From the IMG/VR virus record IMGVR_UViG_2609459800_000001: a DNA stretch of 64,000 nucleotides, one strand, 5' to 3'. Source of the DNA: a virus. Its lineage: Duplodnaviria; Heunggongvirae; Uroviricota; Caudoviricetes. A program made the translations under genes and the position numbers. Below are positions 42,093 through 54,666 of the stretch, piece by piece. The first letter of the stretch is position 1; every line of letters starts with the position of its first letter. The notes below the pieces were generated by a model. It was not told the DNA's origin and searched no databases. It saw only the letters and a program-made list of their open reading frames with translations.

Positions 42093-43102
42093 TGGGTATT
42101 GATTTATCGGTTATCTGGTTTGTGATCATCGTTTTCGCCACGCTAATGTATATCGTGATGGATGGATTCGATTTGGGTATTGGCATTCTGTTTCCTGTCA
42201 CACGAAACGCAGAGGATCGTGATGTGATGGTCAATAGCGTCGCGCCGGTGTGGGACGGTAATGAAACCTGGCTGGTGCTGGGCGGCGCGGGGCTGTTTGG
42301 GGCTTTCCCGATGGCCTATGCGGTTATTATCGATGCGCTGACCATTCCGTTGACGCTGATGCTGATCGGACTGATTTTTCGCGGCGTGGCCTTCGAGTTT
42401 CGCTTCAAGGCCACGCCAGCCCACCGCCCATTTTGGGACCATGCTTTTCTCGGCGGGTCGATTCTGGCTACCTTCGCCCAAGGGATCGTGGTTGGCGCAG
42501 TGATCAACGGTTTCCCGGTGACCGGTCGCAGCTACAGCGGCGGGCCGTTCGACTGGTTAACCCCCTTCACTCTGTTCTGTGGCGTCGGACTGGTCGTTGC
42601 CTATGCGCTCTTAGGCGCAACCTGGCTGGTGATGAAAAGCGAAAATCCGCTTCAGGATAAAATGCGCAGCGTCGCGAAAAAACTGCTGCTGGCCCTGCTG
42701 TTGTCAATTGCGATAATCAGCCTCTGGACACCGTTAGCGCATCCGGCGATCGCCGACCGTTGGTTTACGCTTCCCAACCTGGGCTATCTGCTGCCGGTTC
42801 CGGTGCTGGTGATCGCGTTCAGCGTCTGGTTATGGCGCACACTGGGTCGTCCGGAAAACCACACGTTTCCGTTTGTGCTGACGCTCGGGCTAATCTTCCT
42901 TGGTTTCAGCGGCCTGGGCATCAGTATCTGGCCGCACATTATTCCGCCTTCGGTTACCCTCTGGCAGGCAGCCGCCCCCGCCCAGAGTCAGGGGTTTATG
43001 CTGGTCGGTGCGCTGCTCATCATTCCGGTGATTTTGGTGTACACCTTCTGGAGTTACTATGTGTTTCGCGGCAAAGTGCAACATGGCGAGGGGTATCACT
43101 GA
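42092..43102 (+). CDS. cytochrome bd-type quinol oxidase subunit II
   Basis: 336-aa polytopic protein, start overlaps subunit I stop. Confidence 0.9.
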   Translation: MGIDLSVIWFVIIVFATLMYIVMDGFDLGIGILFPVTRNAEDRDVMVNSVAPVWDGNETWLVLGGAGLFGAFPMAYAVIIDALTIPLTLMLIGLIFRGVAFEFRFKATPAHRPFWDHAFLGGSILATFAQGIVVGAVINGFPVTGRSYSGGPFDWLTPFTLFCGVGLVVAYALLGATWLVMKSENPLQDKMRSVAKKLLLALLLSIAIISLWTPLAHPAIADRWFTLPNLGYLLPVPVLVIAFSVWLWRTLGRPENHTFPFVLTLGLIFLGFSGLGISIWPHIIPPSVTLWQAAAPAQSQGFMLVGALLIIPVILVYTFWSYYVFRGKVQHGEGYH

Positions 43103-43230
43103 TGCAACATTCTCTCTGGAAACGCCTGATGTGGCTGGTCATCCTTTGGGGCGGCAGCGTGTTGGCGCTGGCGGCGGTGGGCATGTTTTTTCGCCTGCTC
43201 ATGACTGCGGCGGGGTTTAAAGCGCATTAA
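43102..43230 (+). CDS. small membrane protein (42 aa), CydX-like position
   Basis: ATGA overlap with subunit II stop; single TM helix. Confidence 0.45.
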   Translation: MQHSLWKRLMWLVILWGGSVLALAAVGMFFRLLMTAAGFKAH

Positions 43231-43334
43231 GCGGACACCTCGCCGGATGTCGGCTTTGGGCCAGGCGTTAACCGGCGGAAATAAATACCAACACAAAGGC
43301 CCGGTAAACGCCACCGGGCTGATGTCGCAAAGGA

Positions 43335-43745
43335 TTAAGGTTTACGCTTCGGCAGCGTTTTCATCAGATCTTCCGGACTGACGGAACCCACCACGCTGCC
43401 CGGCAGCGGCATTTTAAGAATGTGATCTTCAATCTTGCCGATAACGTGCATTTCACACGGGCGACAGCCAAATTTCAGCGTCAGCACCTCATCACCGTTG
43501 ACCAGTTGCATTGGCGTCGCTTTCCAGCTTTTGATGTTACCTTTCGCCTGTTTCGGGCAAAGATTAAAGGCAAAACGCAGGCAATGCTTGGTGATCATCA
43601 CAGGCACATCGCCCTTTTCTTGATGCGCTTCATACGCCGCGTCGATCAACTGTACGCCATAACAATGGTAGAACTCACGCGCCTTCTGGTTATAGACGTT
43701 TGCCAGAAAACTCAGATGCGTCTGCGGGTAGACCGGCGCGGGATC
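43335..43745 (-). pseudogene. C-terminal fragment of an unidentified host-type gene (5-prime end replaced by repeat)
   Basis: Frame stays open upstream into inverted repeat R with no start codon. Confidence 0.4.
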
Positions 43746-43747
43746 GG

Positions 43748-43986
43748 AGGGGTCGGTTTGGGAAACGGAAATTATTGTACGTTAGGAGCATTTTTTAATC
43801 GATACTGATAAGTAACTGATTGATTTATCGTAATCAGCTATTGCCTTTAAGTTATTGCTTTTCTCTTATCGCATTTAGCTTATCTCATTTCCCTAAAGGT
43901 CTGCCAAAGACCGTATAGCGTTGGAGTACACCCTACCGCAATAGCGCAACCGTACAATATTGTACGTTTCCCAAACGCAGCCCAGG
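43748..43986. repeat. 239-bp inverted repeat, right copy
   Basis: Reverse complement of 40093-40331 with one visible mismatch. Confidence 0.85.
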
Positions 43987-44615
43987 TACGCGTTTTTAAT
44001 TGCCATATCCCGCGCCGATTGCGCCACCGCGCTGGTGGGCAGATAGGCCAGTTGTGACGCTTCGCGACCATTTTTATAGCTATTGCGGTAGTTGTGACCT
44101 TCGTCGGCGATCACACTATCGAAGCCCATATCCTCAAAGTACGGATACTTCTCTGCTTTTTCGGTGCCGGTATCTGAATACTCCGACAATACCCGGCGAC
44201 GCGCGGCCTCTTTGCGGTGGGAGTCGGAGTCCATTGCGCTGGCTACGCGCCCGGCAGCAACGAAGTCATAAAGCATATCCTGTGCATGCTCATCTACGGT
44301 GTCATCACGTAGCGGAATGCGGGCGTATTGTTCTTTGGTAAACACGACTGCACGGTAATTTGAGTGCGGGATTGCATTCATACGTGCCGTGATAGTGGCT
44401 TCATCTGCCAGTTTAAGGGCATCGCGCATAACTGGAGTGCCATCAGTACCAAGAACAGGTTTACCGTTCTCATCGAGCACCGGCACCTGGCGAATCTGAT
44501 CGCCATCCATCAGCACATCAAGACCGACAAACAGGTAGTTACTGAATGCCTCTTCACTCAGGAACTCTTTTGCTTCGTAATACCAGTTTTCCAGCACTGA
44601 TTTATATTGTCTCAT
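43893..44615 (-). pseudogene. darB-like N-terminal fragment 2; last ~30 codons read into inverted repeat R
   Basis: ORF diverges into repeat at 43986; contains DEGH motif. Confidence 0.35.
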
Positions 44616-44991
44616 TAAAAACGCCGGTGCCCGCCGATGGTTCCAGAGTGTTACCTACGTCCGCGCCATAGAGGTTCATGATCTCCCAGACGCCTTCAGC
44701 GATAGGCTTTGGTGTGTAATATTCGGAGACGGACCCGCCAATGCCGCCTTCGCCGGTGTACCCAGCCAGGATCTGGCGCTGTTCATCTGTCAGTGTCGCG
44801 CCATCCACCAGCGAATTAAGCAAATCTATCGCCTTCTGATTCGCCTCCCGGCGCAGCCGGTCATAGCTTTTGCCTTCCACCTTTTCCACGCCGTATCTAA
44901 TCGGCGCTCGATGAGATGTTATTGCCCTAATGTATTTCAATATTTCGCTGACACTTGAACAGCGAAACACCCCCATAGATAGCTTGTTCAT
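44602..44991 (-). CDS. darB-like N-terminal fragment 1 (methyltransferase motif I-like)
   Basis: LEPSAGTGVF resembles SAM-binding motif I; overlaps next ORF by 14 nt in another frame. Confidence 0.35.
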   Translation of the reverse strand: MNKLSMGVFRCSSVSEILKYIRAITSHRAPIRYGVEKVEGKSYDRLRREANQKAIDLLNSLVDGATLTDEQRQILAGYTGEGGIGGSVSEYYTPKPIAEGVWEIMNLYGADVGNTLEPSAGTGVFNETI

Positions 44992-45053
44992 TGGTAATCC
45001 TTAACAAGTGATTAGTGTTAAATTCCGTTCAAACACGATGCGAATTATTCTAA

Positions 45054-47787
<2,734 letters not shown>

Positions 47788-47798
47788 CCACGAAAAAT

Positions 47799-47819
47799 AA
47801 CCCCGGCGGATGCCGGGGT
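47799..47819 (+). terminator. intrinsic terminator hairpin after pro
   Basis: AACCCCGGC-ggat-GCCGGGGTT. Confidence 0.5.
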
Positions 47820-47831
47820 TCTCGTTAACTA

Positions 47832-48086
47832 TTATCGCCTTCGCCTGCGTGCCATATATTTGCGCACCGCGCGGCGTGGACAATCTGAAGCGGTTTCTTT
47901 CTGCTGCATCAATCTTGCAGCCATGCTCAAAAATGTCAGGCACAGCCGAAGCCCGGCATACAATAGCGGTTCCAGTGGCCACGTCTCATTGAGCACATAT
48001 ACCGCCATGAAAATCGAGTCGAAAACTATCGCCGCCAGCGATAACTTCATTGTCGAAAGTCGGCGGAGCTGCCGGAGTTTATTCAT
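47832..48086 (-). CDS. possible small membrane protein (84 aa)
   Basis: Two hydrophobic stretches; overlaps lyz 3-prime end by 8 nt. Confidence 0.3.
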   Translation of the reverse strand: MNKLRQLRRLSTMKLSLAAIVFDSIFMAVYVLNETWPLEPLLYAGLRLCLTFLSMAARLMQQKETASDCPRRAVRKYMARRRRR

Positions 48087-48636
48087 TGACCAGTCCCGTC
48101 AGGCAAAGCTGGCGTTCTTTTTCACGGCGAATCTTTAAACCTCGCAGGGGCACGCCGTTACTGTTCACGAAATCAGGGAGATGGTTACACATATTCACCC
48201 ATTCCCCTTTCTGCGCCCACTTGTGGATGGACGTTTCTACTCGCATGCCTCGCGCTTTGCTGTAGTAGGTCCGTAAGCTATTACATCCCATATTGAATGC
48301 CGCGCTTGTCATTGCACTGAAGGCATTATCGGGCATGTCTTTGCCCCGGAAGTGCTGATTAATACAGCGTTCAGCGATCAGGATATTCTTTTCCCAATCA
48401 GCGGCGATTTGCTGGTCGGTTTTTCGCACACCCGGCGTTACCCCGTGTGTATTACCGATCCCGTCAGTCCATACCCCCGCCGGGCACATGTATGGATCAC
48501 GTCGGCAACCTTCAGCGTTACCAATCAGCTCAAGCCCTGCCTGGTTGGTTCGCACATTGCCATTACCCATCACGATGGTAATCATCACCGCGATAGCGCA
48601 AATTGCACCGCCTCCTGCGGCTGTTTTTCCCTTCAT
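48079..48636 (-). CDS. lyz: SAR-type endolysin (T4 lysozyme family)
   Basis: N-terminal hydrophobic SAR segment then ELIGNAEGCRRDPY...GIGNTHG catalytic region; 185 aa from Met 48636. Confidence 0.9.
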   Translation of the reverse strand: MKGKTAAGGGAICAIAVMITIVMGNGNVRTNQAGLELIGNAEGCRRDPYMCPAGVWTDGIGNTHGVTPGVRKTDQQIAADWEKNILIAERCINQHFRGKDMPDNAFSAMTSAAFNMGCNSLRTYYSKARGMRVETSIHKWAQKGEWVNMCNHLPDFVNSNGVPLRGLKIRREKERQLCLTGLVNE

Positions 48637-48769
48637 AAAGACCTCATAAGCGAATTTTTTACGCTCCAGGACAAACACTCATTCACAGCCAATACCGACT
48701 GACTCGATCCCTTTAGAAGGCACAGGATAATGCAAATCACTTGTTAGCTACGTTTCAAAGATATACATT

Positions 48770-48786
48770 ATTGCTCTAATTAATTT
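48770..48786 (+). promoter_or_regulatory. C1 operator upstream of ssb
   Basis: ATTGCTCTAATTAATTT, 16/17. Confidence 0.6.
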
Positions 48787-48805
48787 ATTTTATTAGGTAA
48801 GATAA

Positions 48806-49294
48806 GTGGCACAACGCGGTGTAAACAAAGTCATCCTGATTGGTACCCTGGGGCAAGACCCGGAGATCAGGTATATACCAAATGGCGGCGCGGTCGGAAG
48901 ACTCAGCATCGCAACGAATGAATCATGGCGCGACAAGCAAACGGGCCAACAGAAAGAGCAAACAGAATGGCATAAAGTCGTTTTGTTCGGAAAACTTGCT
49001 GAAATTGCGAGTGAGTATTTACGAAAAGGTTCTCAGGTCTACATCGAAGGGAAACTTAAAACCCGTAAGTGGACAGATGACGCCGGTGTAGAACGTTACA
49101 CGACGGAAATTATCGTCAGCCAGGGCGGCACCATGCAAATGATCGGCGCTCGCCGTGACGATTCACAGTCCTCAAATGGCTGGGGGCAATCAAACCAACC
49201 TCAAAACCACCAGCAATACAGTGGTGGCGGTAAACCTCAGAGCAACGCCAATAACGAACCTCCAATGGACTTTGACGACGATATTCCGTTTTGA
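48806..49294 (+). CDS. ssb: single-stranded DNA-binding protein
   Basis: OB-fold N-terminus [16 protein letters not shown]; Gly/Gln-rich linker; C-terminal DFDDDIPF. Confidence 0.95.
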   Translation: MAQRGVNKVILIGTLGQDPEIRYIPNGGAVGRLSIATNESWRDKQTGQQKEQTEWHKVVLFGKLAEIASEYLRKGSQVYIEGKLKTRKWTDDAGVERYTTEIIVSQGGTMQMIGARRDDSQSSNGWGQSNQPQNHQQYSGGGKPQSNANNEPPMDFDDDIPF

Positions 49295-49491
49295 ATGTGT
49301 AAAAAACGACTGAAAGAAAAGCGGTGGTCCAGACGCCGACAAAAGCACGAACTCGCAAACAAACGCCAAAGTTGGCAATGGCACGCGCTTTTCACGAAAA
49401 GAACACCCCGAGATATTGCTTTCGCTGGTGGGAAAACATTCCTGACCCACCTGAAGGCGCAATACATCAGGTTTTAAGCAGAGGAAAGACT

Positions 49492-50169
49492 ATGAATAAC
49501 ATGACAACGAAAGAGCTTTTGACGGCACTTCCAAAATACAAAAGCCATAAAACAGTTCGCGCCTCAAAAATCAAAGATATCGAAATTATCGCCCTAATGG
49601 ATGTGGTCCTTTTTTGCAACATCGAAGTCGTTGAGCCAGAAGGGGTAAAAGTCCATGTTGATAAAATGTTTTTGCAAAAACACCGACCAGAAATTGGCGG
49701 ATATCTGGTCGCTTATGAGGACGGATCTCTGTCCTATTCACCAGAAAAAACATTTGAAGAAGGCTTTAGTCGGACTAACGACTTCTTCGAAAATGGGGTA
49801 TCGCTCAGTATTGAAGGTCACAATGGGGTGACATTCATTACAGCCAGGGACGTAACTATTGCTGCCAGTGGCATCATTACCACACAAGAAGAAATCGACC
49901 TTGAAGCAGCCGACTTTTCTGACGCGCTGATGTGGCTGAAGGATGGCAAGAAAGTTGCTCGACGCGGGTGGAACGGCGAAAACCAATTCTGCTGGCTGGT
50001 TCCTGAAGGACAGTACCCGGCACGAATGGAAGCCATTAAGGGATATTTCCCCGGCGACCTCGTTCCGTATGGTGCTTATTTCGCCTTAAAAAATGCACAA
50101 GGTGTAGTTGTTCCGTGGGTGCCTTCTGTATGCGACTTACTGGCATGTGACTGGTTTGTAGTGGAGTGA
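49492..50169 (+). CDS. protein with C-terminal DUF2829-like (Tad2-like) domain
   Basis: ALMWLKDGKKVARRGWNG...WFVVE; ATG 5 nt after GAGGAAAG. Confidence 0.55.
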   Translation: MNNMTTKELLTALPKYKSHKTVRASKIKDIEIIALMDVVLFCNIEVVEPEGVKVHVDKMFLQKHRPEIGGYLVAYEDGSLSYSPEKTFEEGFSRTNDFFENGVSLSIEGHNGVTFITARDVTIAASGIITTQEEIDLEAADFSDALMWLKDGKKVARRGWNGENQFCWLVPEGQYPARMEAIKGYFPGDLVPYGAYFALKNAQGVVVPWVPSVCDLLACDWFVVE

Positions 50170-50175
50170 TTTAAC

Positions 50176-50964
50176 GTGGAAAATACTAAAGCAATTCAAT
50201 ACCGCCTGCGTAATGGCCAGAGTGTCGAAGTGACCATCAATAATGATGGTGTACCTGGCGAAAAGGTTTCTATCTCTGATCTGGCTATCGAAAAAACCAT
50301 CATGTGCCACCTTGGCTTTACTGAAGAAGTGAGCAAAAAGCATGGTGTAGCTATCTGGCGCACAATGGATACTGGCATGCGCAGATTCATTACTGCTCGT
50401 ACCCCTGGTATGACCATGATGGACCTCATGCAGATTGCGCCGCTGTTTGAGTGTGAACCTTTGGATGTATTCAGCAATCCAGCCATCTGCCAGCAGTTAT
50501 ATGGTGAGATGAAACTCGCGGTTACCCCCATTGTGCTGCATGAAGGATCGCTTGCTGGCGTATGGAAAGTAGAGCGAATTTCAAGCTACATGCCTTTCCA
50601 CATCCATGTCAACGGCGTAATCACAGGTGAAAATCAACCTGTTTCAGTTACAAAGTCAGACCTCAAGCGCGCAATTCTTGAAGCAAGTTGTCGAGTTATC
50701 GGCCTGGGCAAACAGTCTTATGTTTCCTTCCCGGCTGGCCCTGAAGGCCCGGCAGAAATTCTGATTATGGATGCCGATCTGCTCTGGCAAATACAGTTTC
50801 TGATTGGCAAAAGCATCATCCGCGCTGAAGAACTCGATCAGTACATTACCTGCACGATGACGGATGAAGTCAAAAGTGTGGCTATAGCCAATGCCCGGAA
50901 CCTATGTCGTGCTGCATTAACAGAACTGCAAGAAAACACCACGGAAGAAGTGGAAAGCGATTAA
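50176..50964 (+). CDS. hypothetical protein (262 aa)
   Basis: GTG-start ORF. Confidence 0.5.
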   Translation: MENTKAIQYRLRNGQSVEVTINNDGVPGEKVSISDLAIEKTIMCHLGFTEEVSKKHGVAIWRTMDTGMRRFITARTPGMTMMDLMQIAPLFECEPLDVFSNPAICQQLYGEMKLAVTPIVLHEGSLAGVWKVERISSYMPFHIHVNGVITGENQPVSVTKSDLKRAILEASCRVIGLGKQSYVSFPAGPEGPAEILIMDADLLWQIQFLIGKSIIRAEELDQYITCTMTDEVKSVAIANARNLCRAALTELQENTTEEVESD

Positions 50965-50968
50965 AAAA

Positions 50969-50990
50969 AATCCCGCCGATTGGCGGGATT
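50969..50990. terminator. bidirectional intrinsic terminator
   Basis: AAAAAAAATCCCGCC-gatt-GGCGGGATTTCTT. Confidence 0.6.
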
Positions 50991-50993
50991 TCT

Positions 50994-51311
50994 TCAATAT
51001 ACGATCTGGTCTACATGATCCCCAAAATCATCGTCGTCATCGTCGTCGTCCTCATCGCCACCCTCTACTGCTGGCCAATCAACAAACCAGCCAGCGTAAA
51101 GATGCAGCGTTCGGAGAACATCACTTGCGGGAGCATCAAGGGTGTTAACGAATCCCATATAGCTATTGGGATTTGCCCCAGCTATGGCTTCAGCGATCAT
51201 GTCCTCGGTAATGTCACCGGAGATAATGCTTAAACGCCCGGAAACTTCTTCATTATCATCAAATTCGATAATGGCATCTCCGCCTAATGGCGCTGCGATT
51301 TTAATCTGCAT
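50994..51311 (-). CDS. small acidic protein with poly-Asp tract (P1 hxr position)
   Basis: 105 aa; GGDEDDDDDDDD near C-terminus. Confidence 0.45.
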   Translation of the reverse strand: MQIKIAAPLGGDAIIEFDDNEEVSGRLSIISGDITEDMIAEAIAGANPNSYMGFVNTLDAPASDVLRTLHLYAGWFVDWPAVEGGDEDDDDDDDDFGDHVDQIVY

Positions 51312-54288
51312 TATTTAGCTCCTTTGCCACACCTAATAACAGTTCCAGCAATCCGTCACCATTCATCAGTGATGCGGCAGCGGCCTCTTTGTCATGATAC
51401 AACTGAAGAGCCATAGAGAATACTTCCGTTGCTGACGTTTTGGAAATAGTCGGGGATTTCTGCCGAATTTTCCCAGTGTTACTTACTGAGGCTGGCGGGG
51501 ATACCTTCGCCATATAAATATTACTCAATCGAGATCTGAAGCACCATTCAGGCTTGCCACGCCCACCGATATTAACGAAAGATGGCTTATCCCCTTCAAC
51601 ATTGGCCTTCAGGAATGACCGGGCTTTCTCTAACAAACCAGGGTTACTGTACTCAAGATGATGACCCAGCTCGTGCCACAGTGCACTTGCATTTTCATCG
51701 TTCAAATTGACAGCAACAACACCATTAAGATTTGCATATGCCCTTCCCTTGTGGTGAACCACCTTTGATAAGGTCGAAATTTTACCGCCGGTCAGGCGAT
51801 AAATATCAGCAAGTTCCTTGCGCAGGTCTATCCCACCATTCTGTCCAGCGCGGGCTTCTTCCACTTCTTCCGTGATAAAAGAGTCGGCCCACTCAAGAGC
51901 TTTTTCTTCAGATACGGATGAGTTTGCGATCGCACTGTTCATGGCAGATAACACTTTCTCGTGGACCGAACCCATACTTCGCTGATTCATTTGCCAGCGT
52001 GTCTGCGGGTTATATGAGAATCGCTTAAGTAGTTGGTCAAGATGCTCAAGTTCTTCTTCACTGACATACTTTTTAGCCTCACCAATAATGCCAGGGAGAA
52101 TATTGCCGTTAGGATTAAACGCTCGCGAAAGGAAGAGTTTCAGCGCCCCCATGCCCTCCGATGCTTCAATATCACCAATAACCCGGTTAACAATGGCCGC
52201 ACTCTTCGGATTAGCATCCGCCAACGCTCTGGCTACAATTTGCAGGGACGATACGACCTCACGCTGCATATCCGTCCTGATCTCATCAATAAACTCTGGC
52301 GTTATGCCGTGCTCTTTAAGGATATCCCTGCCTTCCGCCGTTACCCCATCGATATCACCGACATGTTTATTAACCCGACTTTGCAATGCCTTAAATGCCT
52401 TCAGAATTCCACGGGCATCATCAGCTTTACTAACGGCCTTCCTGAATGCTGGCAAGAAGTCAGAGTTAACCTCATTTTGTTGATCGGCCCACTGAATGGA
52501 GGCTTCTTTCATCTCGTCCAGAGTCAGATCACCCAACGCGGTATGGTCTGTGAATATGAGCGACAACCTCTGAACCATTTCTGCCAATGGTGATGCCGAA
52601 TGCGCCGCGCTAAGGAATGCTTTCACCCTGGTTGGGCGAATGGAAAACCAGTCAATAGCTGGTGGCATATCTCCGTTTTTTATCGCCTGCGCTATCTCGT
52701 CAAAGCCATCGCGCCCAAGGGAGGATGCGTGATTTAACAAGCCGCGAAGTAACGAATTGCTGATACCGAATAATCGGCACCATTTTTTCACGTCGGCAAC
52801 AGGCATTCGAACAAAATGCGCAAGCACTTGTACAAGCTGTTCATCCTGGGGATCTGTGCGGGAAAGCAGCCTGATCAGATGAATAATGTCTTTGATGCCG
52901 GATGCCCGATGTAATAGCAAACTGGTATACGGAGCAACACCGTTGTAACTACCGCCGGAAACGGACTCGAAAAGACCGCCGGATATCCCTTGCATGCCTT
53001 CGTATTCCAGTTCCTGAGACACCTGGCGAAGGATATCCTGTAACGACACATCGCCGCCGCCAAACATATCCCCGAGCGCCTGGCCCTGGTGCTGTAACTC
53101 ATCATTGATACGTTGCGCCATCAACTTAAAGGCGGTGGCCATACGCTTCGCGCTACGGTTATTCGCGACGATGAACAACGCGAGTGCTTTCACTTCCGGG
53201 GCCGTTTCGCTGAACATATCCCCCTGAGCAATAACATCGGTAATATGCTGGCCTGACTCCTTCGATTGCCTTACCAGGTCTACCGCATCTTTCAATGCCG
53301 CCAGCGCCTTTTTATCGAGGCTATCCGCTGTCTCAATGCCATCAACAATAGTTGTCACAGCCTGCTTGTGCGCTTCTCCTGATAAAGCCTGCATCTGGAC
53401 AAAATCATTGGCTGCCGCATTAAGCGCCGTCAGAACATTACGCATATCCGGATCAGGTTCTTCTGCAACCATCCTTACCAGGCGCGCATCCTTATATGCC
53501 TTGGCAAAGATCGCGTTTTGTATACGGTCAACAAGTTGCCGTGTTGGTCGCCCATCTTCAGTTACAAGGCCAGCCGCCTGTGTGGCACCAACTTGCGTCA
53601 TGAATCCGCGAATAAACGCGTCATTACTGCGGCTAAGCAGATCTCCGCTTTCTGACGGGTTAAACAACGCCATCATCGCCGGTGTTATGCTGTCGGCATC
53701 AACAAAAGCCTTTTCACTGGCTGCCATTTCCTGGAGATCAGAAATATTTGAGTCCTTGGCAAACTGAACACGGTCAACCTTCGTTAACCGGCGGCGCACC
53801 AGTACCGGAGCCGTCATTGATTCAACCTTTTCAGGCCGTATGCCGAATTCGGTCGCATGTTCAATCAGGTACTCCCGATACCGATCCGCATTACCGTCCT
53901 GATAGGCTTTGATGATCCCCATGGTCCGTCCATTACCTGACTCAACGGCATTGTCCTCACCAATTATCGGCGCGCCATGGCTGGATAAACCGGAATCAGT
54001 AAGCTGAGCAGGCCGCAAATCTTTGGATATCTGGTTAACCTGAAGAAGGCTGGATGCGCGGGTCCGGTCGCGCGGCTGAAGTTCCTGGGGATAGTCAGGA
54101 TTAATTTTCCCATCCAGAGTATTGGATACCAAAAGAGCTGAGGCATCGACGATATCAAACGCTGTTTTTACCTCGTCTCCCTTCGCTGTCACCACATACG
54201 AAACCCGCCCATAATCGGGCAGGTTCTTTAGCAGCTCGATCAGCGTTTCTATGCTGGTGGCCATTACCACCTGATCGCTTAAGCTCAT
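51301..54288 (-). CDS. large internal virion protein of the darA operon (DdrB-like) with HExxH motif
   Basis: 995 aa; WHELGHHLE zincin-like motif near residue 850. Confidence 0.6.
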   Translation of the reverse strand: MSLSDQVVMATSIETLIELLKNLPDYGRVSYVVTAKGDEVKTAFDIVDASALLVSNTLDGKINPDYPQELQPRDRTRASSLLQVNQISKDLRPAQLTDSGLSSHGAPIIGEDNAVESGNGRTMGIIKAYQDGNADRYREYLIEHATEFGIRPEKVESMTAPVLVRRRLTKVDRVQFAKDSNISDLQEMAASEKAFVDADSITPAMMALFNPSESGDLLSRSNDAFIRGFMTQVGATQAAGLVTEDGRPTRQLVDRIQNAIFAKAYKDARLVRMVAEEPDPDMRNVLTALNAAANDFVQMQALSGEAHKQAVTTIVDGIETADSLDKKALAALKDAVDLVRQSKESGQHITDVIAQGDMFSETAPEVKALALFIVANNRSAKRMATAFKLMAQRINDELQHQGQALGDMFGGGDVSLQDILRQVSQELEYEGMQGISGGLFESVSGGSYNGVAPYTSLLLHRASGIKDIIHLIRLLSRTDPQDEQLVQVLAHFVRMPVADVKKWCRLFGISNSLLRGLLNHASSLGRDGFDEIAQAIKNGDMPPAIDWFSIRPTRVKAFLSAAHSASPLAEMVQRLSLIFTDHTALGDLTLDEMKEASIQWADQQNEVNSDFLPAFRKAVSKADDARGILKAFKALQSRVNKHVGDIDGVTAEGRDILKEHGITPEFIDEIRTDMQREVVSSLQIVARALADANPKSAAIVNRVIGDIEASEGMGALKLFLSRAFNPNGNILPGIIGEAKKYVSEEELEHLDQLLKRFSYNPQTRWQMNQRSMGSVHEKVLSAMNSAIANSSVSEEKALEWADSFITEEVEEARAGQNGGIDLRKELADIYRLTGGKISTLSKVVHHKGRAYANLNGVVAVNLNDENASALWHELGHHLEYSNPGLLEKARSFLKANVEGDKPSFVNIGGRGKPEWCFRSRLSNIYMAKVSPPASVSNTGKIRQKSPTISKTSATEVFSMALQLYHDKEAAAASLMNGDGLLELLLGVAKELNNAD

Positions 54289-54300
54289 CCCTGTTACGCC

Positions 54301-54666
54301 TTATGCTGCCTCTTTAATGTTGGCGGCTATCCATGCCGCCGTGTGCTGTTTAACCTGGTCCAGGTCGATGTATGTGCCAACATATTGACTCAAGTCTTGC
54401 AAGGTACCGATAAATGCATCTGTGCTCTGATCGACGAATTTATCAGCCAGGAAATCAGCAACCAGTTTTGGCACACCATCATGTTCCGAAGGTTGTTTTT
54501 CATCGCCACTACCACCGCCGGACGCGCCGTACCCCATCTGTTGCATGATCTGGTCAATTTCATCGCTGATATCCAGCAACTCCATGCCACTCGCGGTGGC
54601 CGCTTTGGACATCAGAGCATCCAACTTATCGCTGAGATCCATTAACTCAATAGCTGATAGTGTCAT
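54301..54666 (-). CDS. small acidic protein of the darA operon (DdrA-like)
   Basis: 121 aa between darA and ddrB-like. Confidence 0.5.
   Translation of the reverse strand: MTLSAIELMDLSDKLDALMSKAATASGMELLDISDEIDQIMQQMGYGASGGGSGDEKQPSEHDGVPKLVADFLADKFVDQSTDAFIGTLQDLSQYVGTYIDLDQVKQHTAAWIAANIKEAA

Noticed and set aside
40863-43314. Many overlapping ORFs on both strands inside the cytochrome bd genes
   Set aside because: GC-rich coding sequence produces long spurious frames; the two long polytopic ORFs on the plus strand explain the region.
40093-43986. Possibility that the 239-bp inverted repeats are ends of a known IS or composite transposon
   Set aside because: No transposase ORF lies between or beside them, and the termini do not match any IS inverted repeat I recognise; kept as MITE-like repeats of unknown family.
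51027-51060. GAT/GAC-rich simple-sequence run
   Set aside because: Encodes a poly-Asp tract inside the minus-strand acidic protein gene; not a non-coding repeat.
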